A DNA stretch of 64,000 bases from a virus (lineage: Duplodnaviria; Caudoviricetes). The first letter of the stretch is position 1, and every line of letters starts with the position of its first letter. This document shows positions 27,890-38,000 of the stretch, one piece after another. The notes under the pieces were generated by a model. The model did not search any database. It worked only from the letters and a program-made list of their open reading frames with translations, and was not told the DNA's origin. Position numbers and translations under genes: made by a program. The stretch is taken from positions 1-64,000 of IMG/VR virus record IMGVR_UViG_3300023175_000012. One strand, written 5' to 3'.

Positions 27890-29847
27890 TAATTATCTCT
27901 CCATGCGCCTAGTCCTGAACTAGATCCTGCTTTACCTTTTGGCTGCATAGAAACTCCTCCTGTAAAACCAGACTCGGTATAATAGTTCCAACGGAAACTA
28001 TCATTATTTTGCGCACCATTAAAGCAACCTAACTGGTAAGCATGGTCTTGTCCCATTGTAAAGTTTTCTTCACCGCCGGTAACAGGCTTAGCGTATGTAT
28101 TTGCTGTAGTTCTAGTAATCCAGTTTGTTCTTCGGAAGTTTACACCACTAGCATAGCCACCTTCGTTACCTGCCCAACAATAGTTTAATTTACTATTCAT
28201 AGACTTTTGTTGGTGATGATTACTTGGGAATGTACCGCTCCATGCACCGTAAGTTTCTGTAGTGAATTGGAATAATGTACCATCGTTATCTCTAGTAAAC
28301 ATTCCTTCATTTTCCCAACTCATGCCCCATGCTTGTACTGTTGATCCGCCTGGTGCACCGATGCCTACAGTTGATTGTGTTTCAGTAAGCATGTTGTATC
28401 TGTCAAGTTCTGCACTTCCTGATACCCACGCCATATAGTGTTCTTTCCATATAGTGCCGTCTTGTAACTTATTACCACTTAGGTTTCTATCAAATGTACC
28501 TGTATACTGTTGGTCAGTACGCATGTTAAATCCTATAACATAGTTTGATTGTACAGCGTGACCGTTACCTGCACCAAACACCCATGCTACGTTTTTACTA
28601 CAAGCACCTGACTGATAGTTGAATGCTCTTTCTAATGAATTGTCACCTAAATTAACAGTAGTGTCTGTTGCTATAGAACATCTATTTACATTATTCCATG
28701 CACTACTTGATTTATAACCACCTAACATATAGTTAGTTGTAATATGTGTTCTTTCTTTAAACGGAATAGATAAACTTTGCCATGTAGCATCTGAACTGTA
28801 AAATTCTGCTTCACCTGTGGTAGTATTGATTCTCATTGCACCTTGTGCTGTTTCTTGGGTAGGATTAGTTGTATTATATCTAACAATAACAATACCTGAT
28901 CCGCCATTACCACCGTAGTTATTTGAATTGTAGTGGGCGCCACCGCCTCCGCCACCGCCAGTGTTTGCGCCTGCATTGCCGCCTGGAGTGTTAGCCCATG
29001 TACTAGTGCCACCTCCGCCACCGTCGGCTCCGTTGTTGTAACCTACACCACCATATGTACTGTTAACGGCTCCACCGCCACCACCACCTAGGCCGCCGTC
29101 GCCGCCTGTGTTAGAGTATCCAGAGCCACCGCCACCGCCGCCCCAAAAAATTGGTTCGCCGGTAATTGTAATTTCTGCGCCTCTACCACCATGTGGTCTT
29201 GGATAAGAAGTTCCAGGTTCTCCAGCGCCGCCTCCGCCGCCTGGATACCAATAACCTGATCCCCACGATCCGTCATGTCCTTGTTCTGGATAAATTGATC
29301 TACCTCTTGAGCCACCTCCGTAGCCGCCGTTACCAATTAGTCCGTTATCATTAATTGTTCCGTTTGCACCACCGCTTGGAGGAACAGCACCACCTGATGC
29401 GCCTCCACCTGATGCGCCGTCTCCTGCTGGTGAAGTTGATCTATCGTGACAACTTGCGCCTCCGCCTCCACCATATGCTGTAATACTACCAAATACTGAG
29501 TTTCCGCCGTTGCTACCTCTTGCTTGACCAACACCTGCTGATGCTCCTGCGCCACCGCCTCCAATTGTAATTGAAATACTTTGTCCAGGTACTGTAGGAT
29601 AATTCCCGTCATAAACTACGCCGCCGGCTCCACCGCCGCCGCCCATATCAGAGCCGCCTCCGCCGCCTCCGCCAACAACTAGTACTTCGACACTGTCAAC
29701 ACCGCTCGGTACAGTCCAACTTGTGTTTCCTACACTTGTAAAGTATACTAATGTACCAGCAACAGTTGCTAATCTTTGTGCTTCTGATCCGACAGGCAAG
29801 CTCAAGTAACCTATGTCGTTTATTATTGTACTTTTAAGTATAGCCAT
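27889..29847 (-). CDS. Glycine-rich receptor-binding/fibre protein
   Basis: WTVPSGV..VEVLVVGGGGGGG...GGSGIVIVRY glycine-rich domain plus a C-terminal propeller-like head. Confidence 0.75.
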   Translation of the reverse strand: MAILKSTIINDIGYLSLPVGSEAQRLATVAGTLVYFTSVGNTSWTVPSGVDSVEVLVVGGGGGGGSDMGGGGGAGGVVYDGNYPTVPGQSISITIGGGGAGASAGVGQARGSNGGNSVFGSITAYGGGGGASCHDRSTSPAGDGASGGGASGGAVPPSGGANGTINDNGLIGNGGYGGGSRGRSIYPEQGHDGSWGSGYWYPGGGGGAGEPGTSYPRPHGGRGAEITITGEPIFWGGGGGGSGYSNTGGDGGLGGGGGGAVNSTYGGVGYNNGADGGGGGTSTWANTPGGNAGANTGGGGGGGAHYNSNNYGGNGGSGIVIVRYNTTNPTQETAQGAMRINTTTGEAEFYSSDATWQSLSIPFKERTHITTNYMLGGYKSSSAWNNVNRCSIATDTTVNLGDNSLERAFNYQSGACSKNVAWVFGAGNGHAVQSNYVIGFNMRTDQQYTGTFDRNLSGNKLQDGTIWKEHYMAWVSGSAELDRYNMLTETQSTVGIGAPGGSTVQAWGMSWENEGMFTRDNDGTLFQFTTETYGAWSGTFPSNHHQQKSMNSKLNYCWAGNEGGYASGVNFRRTNWITRTTANTYAKPVTGGEENFTMGQDHAYQLGCFNGAQNNDSFRWNYYTESGFTGGVSMQPKGKAGSSSGLGAWRDN

Positions 29848-29858
29848 TTAATTTGTTC

Positions 29859-30722
29859 CTAGTTATATGGTATATATGGTATGTTAAAACGCTCAGCCAT
29901 ACATTGATAATTATGATGTTGCTCCGAATCACTTAGAGGTGTATCATAAACAGCAAAATAAGCAACTTCATGATGACCTGTATTAGAATACGTTGTACGA
30001 TCGGCGCCTCTACTATTAATTTTAGGATAGCTGGCATGCGTTTGTATTAACGTTCCATTTTCATAGTTTCCTGTATCTTCTTGTCTTAATCTACCATTAA
30101 TATAAGCTCTGACTCTGTTCCCGTCATAAGTTACAACAGAATGATACCATTGATTATCTGTTATTGCACCTGTACTTGACCAAAACCAACTTCTATCAGT
30201 TGTTTGCCAGGCCCATTGGAAAGTAGCACTATCTGTTTTTGCTTCCCATGTGTTTTCTTTGTTATACAAAATATCTTCTGGACTGTTTGAGAATCTTCTA
30301 AACACACATTCTACAGTGTTGTATTGTAAGTCATTACATTGGTTTTCACACACAGCCATTTGGTTACCGTCAAATCTCCAGTAACTGTTTAATCCATTAC
30401 TTGTATAAGTAGGAGATCCAAAGAACTCAAAATTTCTACCCGATTGGTACCCAATATTAGTCCAACCTGCAGCTGTTGTGCCATTAGTACTTGATGACAA
30501 ACTTGCATCTAACAATATATACTTGTTTTCTGTTTTTGTAGGGAGGCCCCTGCCAGTTGACAAATCAAACCAAAATCCGTTATAATACGCTTCTGTATAA
30601 CCTAAGTCAGTATTATATCTCATAGAACCGTTTGGTGGATTTGTAGGACGTTGTGCCGTTGTACCTTTCGGTAATGTTATGGCTCCAACATCGTTAATGA
30701 CAGTGTTTTTAAGTGTCGCCAT
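29859..30722 (-). CDS. LamG/concanavalin A-like lectin domain virion protein
   Basis: NQWYHSVVTYDGNRVRAYING...VYDTPLSDSE motif; same N-terminal adaptor as its neighbours. Confidence 0.85.
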   Translation of the reverse strand: MATLKNTVINDVGAITLPKGTTAQRPTNPPNGSMRYNTDLGYTEAYYNGFWFDLSTGRGLPTKTENKYILLDASLSSSTNGTTAAGWTNIGYQSGRNFEFFGSPTYTSNGLNSYWRFDGNQMAVCENQCNDLQYNTVECVFRRFSNSPEDILYNKENTWEAKTDSATFQWAWQTTDRSWFWSSTGAITDNQWYHSVVTYDGNRVRAYINGRLRQEDTGNYENGTLIQTHASYPKINSRGADRTTYSNTGHHEVAYFAVYDTPLSDSEQHHNYQCMAERFNIPYIPYN

Positions 30723-30725
30723 TTA

Positions 30726-31676
30726 TTACCCCAGCTTCTGCTTTACATTATCTATTTCTTCTTTCAAAGATTTAATTGCTTCAATTAGATAAGCACTAAT
30801 TTTTGTGTATGAAATACTTTCTGCATTTCCGTTTGCATCTTTTGATACTAGGTTTGGTAAAACTTTATCTACTTCTTCTGCAATCAATCCTGCTTCGTTT
30901 TTACTTGAGCCGTCTTTACGATCATAAACAACACCAACTAGTTTTGTTAAACTTTCTAGTGCATTTTCAATTGGTTGCACATTTTCCTTTAATGCAATAC
31001 TCGATGTTTCAGTTACAGATGTTGCTGTAAACGAACCGCCTACGTATAAGTTTCCGCCAATACCGGCGCCGCCTGCAACTCTAAATGCTCCAGTTGTTGT
31101 GCTAGAACTTGCTGTTCCTTCATCAACATAAACTTGGCCTTTTGTACCTGCACTTGTACTTCTAAGTGTTAAACTGTTACCGTTACCTTCACCGCCACTT
31201 ACAATACCTACAAACAAGTTACCTGTGCTAGGTTGATATGCAAGTTTTGAATCACTTACACTTGTGCCTGTAATTGTTCCACTTGTGCTTGCTGTAAACA
31301 TCAAGTAGTTGTTATTATTACCTGTGGATACGTCATTTGTAACACTAATACCCGGAGTAGTCCAACTTAATGCACCTGAGCCGTTTGTTGTAAGTACCTG
31401 TGTATTTGAACCATAACTTGTTGGCAAACTAAAAGTCAAGTTACTTGTTACACTTGCAGGACTTTTTAAAGCTACCCAATGACTGTTGTCATCATCGCCA
31501 AGTTTTAGTGTTGATCCTGAATTGACCTGTATATGGCCGTTTACTTTGGTTTCACCTGCGCCGTTAGGATCTAGTATTAGGTCAGCGTCAGCGTCCAAAG
31601 TTGTTACAGTATTATCCAAAATTAGTGACTTACCTAATACTGGATCTCCTGCTGTTCCTATTCCTATCTTACGCAT
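30726..31676 (-). CDS. Tail fibre protein with a C-terminal intramolecular chaperone (peptidase S74-like)
   Basis: TSSIALKENVQPI..AL...GLIAEEV..V.P.LV...ISY...LIEAIKSL. Confidence 0.85.
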   Translation of the reverse strand: MRKIGIGTAGDPVLGKSLILDNTVTTLDADADLILDPNGAGETKVNGHIQVNSGSTLKLGDDDNSHWVALKSPASVTSNLTFSLPTSYGSNTQVLTTNGSGALSWTTPGISVTNDVSTGNNNNYLMFTASTSGTITGTSVSDSKLAYQPSTGNLFVGIVSGGEGNGNSLTLRSTSAGTKGQVYVDEGTASSSTTTGAFRVAGGAGIGGNLYVGGSFTATSVTETSSIALKENVQPIENALESLTKLVGVVYDRKDGSSKNEAGLIAEEVDKVLPNLVSKDANGNAESISYTKISAYLIEAIKSLKEEIDNVKQKLG

Positions 31677-31688
31677 GTCTTATTCCTC

Positions 31689-32009
31689 TTATAGTGTTGA
31701 TGTTTCTAAACCGTAAACTACAGCCGAAACGCTTAAACTGTTGCTATAAACAACAAGTTTTTTACCTGCATCAAGTACAATACCTGATCTTTCAAGTGTA
31801 CCATTTCCTACTAATTCAGTATCATACTCTATGTATTCTGCTGCTGTAGGAGTATCTGCACTTGCTAATGCAAGTCTTATTGTTCTGTTGCCGGCGTCTC
31901 TATTACAAATGCTCACAGTTACAACAGCAAAATTGTCTGCTGGGACTTCATAAACTGTTGTATTTGTGGCTGCTGATAGATCCGCTGCTCCTAATCTTCC
32001 GTTTGCCAT
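31689..32009 (-). CDS. Small beta-rich virion protein (paralogue of 45545-45874 and 57774-58145)
   Basis: VSICN...GIVLDAGKKLVV pattern shared with the paralogues. Confidence 0.65.
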   Translation of the reverse strand: MANGRLGAADLSAATNTTVYEVPADNFAVVTVSICNRDAGNRTIRLALASADTPTAAEYIEYDTELVGNGTLERSGIVLDAGKKLVVYSNSLSVSAVVYGLETSTL

Positions 32010-32024
32010 TTTATTTTTTCTCCA

Positions 32025-35000
32025 TTATCTTAAAAAGTACTGGTATGCTAAAGGATAACCTGTAACTGGACCAGTGAAGTTCATGTTTGCTGTAATATTT
32101 ATCAACTCGCCTGACACCGTTGTTATAATGTTTGAGCTTATGAAAATGTCACCAGCTGTGACACTGTTAACGTTCAATGCAGCACCACCGCCACCAATTT
32201 GTGCTTCAATGTATGCTTTAATAGCACGTTGCGTTGGCACAACACTGTCGCTGTTTGCTGTAAAGAATGGGTCTGTACTAAATTCGCTAATACTTGCTGA
32301 GTTACCACCTAGTGTAACTTCACCTAGTGTAAGTTCTTGTAGACCTGCAATGTTAAATGCTTCAGCATTCAAGTTTGCAACACCTGTTGCCTGTTCAATT
32401 TGGAACAGGTCACCAACCCTAAAGTTACCATCTTGGTCAGTTGATGTAAAGAACACTCGTCCTCCGTCAACATCATATGTTTCTTGAGCTTGGACCGGTA
32501 TTTGTAATGGTAGTCCAGGATAATTTGTTTCTGCAAAACTACCTGTACCAACATCTAGGAAATCGTGTCCTGTTAGACGTACTTGTGAATAACGTATTCT
32601 TGAAGTTACTCCGTCGCCGTCAGCTGGTGCATCTGCAATAGTCATACTTGGACTTAATTGTAAGAATGCTGTATGTGATCCTGGGTTAGTTCCTAAGAAA
32701 CTAACAACAGTTACCAACTTAAAGTACTGTCCTGGTAAACTATCAAACGTAATATTTGATCCTGCTACTGGTCTTTCAGTTAAACGTCTAACAGCAACAA
32801 ATGACCCGTTCTGTAAGAAATCTGCATTACCATTTGATGTTTGTCCATCAACTTCCATACTTGCTGCACTAAAGCCTGTTCCTCTATCTGCAAAACTAGG
32901 ATTACCTAAAGCACCATTTCCGAGTCTATTTTGGAATACAACATCGTCAATGTTGTTTGGATCAGTAATAGTAATTGTTGGCGGAGTACCACCATAACCA
33001 CTTCCTGGTTCTGCTAGTTTTACTTCAAATATTTTCTCGTTAGCAATGTTTACTCGTCCTCTTGCTCTAGCACCAAGTTTGTTTGATGCTACTTGAGTAG
33101 TTGTTCCGTCTGCTATTGCTAACCAGGCAGGCTCTTGGTTTATGTTACCAAATGCCGCTAGTTTGTAGCCGCTTACGTTTGCTGTAACAGTTAAGTTTGA
33201 CCAAATTAATCCATAATCACTGTAACAAACACTATTTGTGTCTGCACTAGTTACCATAAACATACCTTGTCCGTAACAAATATCTGTTGGAAGAGCTGCG
33301 CCTTCTGTGCCTATGGTTAATGCATACCAAGTAATACCATCTAAACTATATGCACCGTTTACACTGTTGTTTGATATTGCAATAAATCTGCCGTTACCCC
33401 AAACAACTTTACTCCAGTTTGAACTTGCTGGTAATGTGCTTGCTGTCCATGTAATGCCGTCTACTGAATATGCTGCTTGGTTTGAACCTGTTCTTACAGC
33501 AACATATTTTCCTGCACCATTAGTAATACTTGTAAATCCTGTATTAGGCAATGCTGCACTTGATAGTGTCCAAGATGTACCTGCGTTGTCTGAATAAGCA
33601 ATATCAGTATCATTTTGGGCAATAACTACAAATCTGTTCGATCCAGCACCTAAATAGCCGTATTGTACATCAACTCCTGTTGAAGTATCTAATCCTGCTG
33701 GTAGAGCTGATGTACTAAATGTTGACAAGTCCTCACTTAGTACAGCATTACTAGATCCTGTTGCAACAGCAACAAATGCACTTGACTTATATTGAGAACT
33801 ACCATCGTTAAGTAGTCCAGTTGTAAATCTATCGCATTGTTGTGGAAGTGTTACATTACTCCAAGTTGCAACGTCTCCGCTTGTGGCTGCTGAAGTATCG
33901 TCACTTAGTGCAACAAATTTACCTTTAGCACCAATACCAGTGAAATCAAAGTCAATAACTTCTCCGCTAGTACCAATGCTTGTTAATGTAATAACTAGAT
34001 CATTTTCAGGGCTTGTGCCACCTAATGATGTACCTGCAACAGTAATAGTTTCAAGTCTTGTATATCCACTACCAGCACTGTTTAATGCAACATAATATTT
34101 TGCGCCAACTCTGTCAATGTTAAAAGTTGCGTTACTACCTGTTCCTGCATAAGTATCAGCACCTTGGTTGTTTACCTGTTGTGATGTTTCAAAGAATCCA
34201 AAGTCTTCGTAAATATTTGAAGTAATTACAACATTCTGTGTACTTCTTGTAGGTGCTGAGAATGATACCGCTGGCTCAATCTCGTATGTAGATGAAGCGT
34301 TTGGTGAAACAAATGGTGTGCCAGGAACAAAGTGATCCCAACCTGCTGTGCCGTCTGATTCTTTAATTACTGTAGCAACTTTTGTACCTGCATCATATGT
34401 ATCAATAAGTGCATATAAGCCTGCGCCTGCGCCACCTACAATCAATACCTTCATGCCAGGATAAGAAGTATTTAAGTTACCGTCAGTAGCTGAAAGTGTA
34501 ATACTTGTTGCGTTACCTGACTGTGCTGTGTTACTTGCTGTTAAGTATCCACTACCACCTGCATCGCCGTCAACTTGATCGTCAATAACACGAGCTTGTA
34601 TTAGTGCTTCGTCTCTAAATTCATCACCAATAACTGATTCGCCACTACCTGGACCAAACACATTAAATGTTACTTCTGTGTAATCATTACCAGCATGTGT
34701 AAATTCTGCTGTTAGAATAGTGTCTTGGTCTGTAACAGCTGATGCTATTGTAGCATTATATTGTGTCTTGTTATCTACTATACCAGTTGTTGGAGTTTCA
34801 TCTGGGTCAACACCTTCTGCAACTGAACCATAATCACCATATGAGTTGTTACCGTTAGTTGCACGTATACGTCCGCCTGTTTCTGCTAGATAACCAATGT
34901 GTGAGTAATATGTAAACACCGACACAAGTTCTGCTCTACCATTATTTAAAATGTGTGCTCCAATACCATCACTTATAACCTGTGTAAAGTCGTTTGAAAC

Positions 35001-38000
35001 AATACTGTCATTACCGCCGTTGTGTAATGCACCGTCAATTCTTTGACCAGTTGCGGCATTACCAAATGTTGTACAGTTTTGTACATACGGTGAACGTGCC
35101 GTAATCCAACATCTATCATCATCTGGACCCCAACCTGGATCTAGTGACGCATACGCACCTGCTGTTACACGACTTGTACCAGCGGCTGTTTCTGCTGTCA
35201 TATCACCCTGTAGGCCTTCTAATGTTTGTAGTCTGATTCCTGTACCATTGCGTAGATAGTAGAAGTCTTCTTCTTGTGAGCCTATTACGCTATTAACATA
35301 GTATCTTGATGCATATCTAGTTGCATATGTAGCAGGTACTGTTAAATTAATATTACCTGTATATGTTCTTCTATAATTAGGTGCATATTTTAGATCCCAA
35401 ATCATTCCATCTACAATAGATCTAATATCTCTCTCGCACAATGTTACGTTGTAGTCGTAATCTTTTTCGACATCCATTGCACCGCTATCGTCAGTTACTG
35501 TTACATCTGTTCCGCCTATTGTAGAACTAATAGTAAATGTTGTTGAACTTAAAATGTTTTTAACATAATAAGTTTGATTTAGTGTTAATCCACCTATTGC
35601 TGTTCCAGTAAACTTAATTGGTCTGTTTTGTCTTAACCATCCTGTACTTGTAACAGTAAGTGCGCCTGTTGCAGCTGTAGTTGCTGTAACACTATCTGCA
35701 TAATAATCGTTAACATAAGCAACCGCTTCTTTTGCAATAAACTCTTTGTTAAGTTCAAGTTGCTGTATGCCTGCATAAACGTCTTGATCTTCTGCAGCAC
35801 GGTTACTACCTTCGTTACTACCACCTAAAATAATATCGTTTGTTGTAACAAAAGTGTTGTTAATTTGTGCCAAACTTGCCGCTTCAGAAACTTCAGCTCT
35901 TGCCGCATTTCTAGCATATTCATAACTTGCAAGTGTTGCTTCTTTTTGGTCGCCTGTAACTTTAGCACTTGGTTTTCTCAAGTAACTAATTGCCGCCACT
36001 GTTGACGCAAATGTTGTACCTAAACACCAATCGTATCTTGCCGCATCTAGTAAGTAACCAATATCTCTTTCACATTTTGCACTATCATATGTTAAGTTAG
36101 GAAAGTTTGCTGTAATCCAGTTTGTTGTGTCTGTTTTAATTGTAGCAGCCGCTGACCCTAATAGTGAATGGTCAGTTTGTAAACCTGCCGCAGCACCAGT
36201 AATACTTGGATATACTATAGTCTCGCTACCAGTACCGTTATCAACAATATTAATAAAGTCGTCTAGTAAGTCGCCTATTGTTGTTGCGCTTGCAGCATCC
36301 CCTGGATCACCAACTACTTGTTCTACAGTAGACTGTGTGCCAGGAGTAACAGTAATGTTTCTACCTACAGTTTGCATAATACCTTTTAGGTACCCATAAG
36401 CTGCTAGTGTTGCCGCTTTCTGTGCCGCTGGTAAGTTCGAAGTTGCACCAACATAATATGCTTCACCGGCATTTACAGTTTGCCAGTTACCGCCATATGT
36501 TAAGTCGTATGCTACAGCATCAATTAGGTATCCAACATCTTTTTTACATGCTGTTCTGCTGTATTTTAAGTCTGGATAGTTTTCTGTAATGTAGCCAATT
36601 AATTCTGCTTTTAAAAATTCTCTGTTAGCAATAAGCAAGTTTCTAGCATAGCCTGCATTAGGATCAGCCATTTCGTCAGCTAATGTAAATGTTGCTATTG
36701 CTTCTTCTTTGCGTCCTAAAGCCCAGTCTGTTCTTCTTCTATAAAGTCTTGCTAATTGTTCAGTTGCTTGTCTAACATACCCTGTTTCGTTGTTTGCTAA
36801 AGGATAAAGAGTACTTTGTGTTTGTGTATTTCCTGTTGTTGCTGTTACAGCTACACCTTCTACAATGTCTCCAATAATTGCTTCAACTCTTTCAATTGCT
36901 GTGTTACTATACAAATAATCTTCTGCAGAAGTAAGTGTTGAATTGTTTGATTTTCTTGGGAATACGTTTGTAGAACGTAGTTCGTCACCAATTATACAAC
37001 ATTCTGCAGGTACAATTATAGGCAATACTTCGTAGTATTTTCCTGTTGCAACTTTTATAAGACTGTTACGTATTAATCTGTCTGGAATATTATCTGCATT
37101 ACCTGCTGTAATTGCATCTGTAATAATTTTTACAAGATTTGAAATTTCAGTATATACAGTTTCTGATGAAAGACTTGCATCAAAGTATTGTGCAACTATT
37201 GCTGTTGAATTATCTCCGTTGTTAACTTGATAATTTACAGCCGGTGCTTCTTGATTCAATACAGCCTGTATAACTTCTAAGCCATAATTTATACTTGCTA
37301 CAGTTTCTGCTTTTTGTGTAAGATATGGTGATCCAACAGTATCATTAATATAGGAAAGTGCAGCTTCTCTTGACTTTACATTTCCGCCGTGTGTAATATC
37401 CCATATTACAGCATCAATAATATAGCCCATGTCTCTTTCGCATTTAGCACTATCGTAATCAAAACCTGTAGTGAATGGTGAAATGTTACCTGTAATTTGA
37501 GCGTCAGTCCATTCTACAATTTCTCTTTGTATAAAATATCTGTTCAGTTCTAGTAAACGTCTTGCTTGGGGATTCTTTGCTCCTCTTTCTACTTGTTCTG
37601 CTGCGTATCTTATTGTTTTCCACGGTTTGTCAATTGAACGTCCATTAGTAGGAGCAGGTGTATCTGCGCCGTGTGTTGCTACATAATAAACATCGTCTGC
37701 GACGCCCATGTAAGCCCATTCAGGTGTTTGATTGTTGCTGACTTGTAAAAATTGTCCTTCAGCACCGACAGGTAATCTTGCTGGTCCGCCTGCTGCATAA
37801 TAAACTAAATCACCTTTTGTAGTTAGTACACTTGCTTCATTACCAATTGACAATACTTGCCAGTATGTACCTGTTGTATCTAAATCAGGACGTGAATTCT
37901 GTGCACCGCCGCCTCCGGGCTGTGTTTGTATTGTTGAAAAGTCGTCGCCTTCTGAAAAGTGTCCTTGAACACAAACGTAAGAGTTGTCTGTAAATCTTAC

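Noticed and set aside
28870-29760. Local GC-rich segment as a foreign element or structured RNA
   Set aside because: Explained by poly-glycine GGN codons in the 652-aa protein
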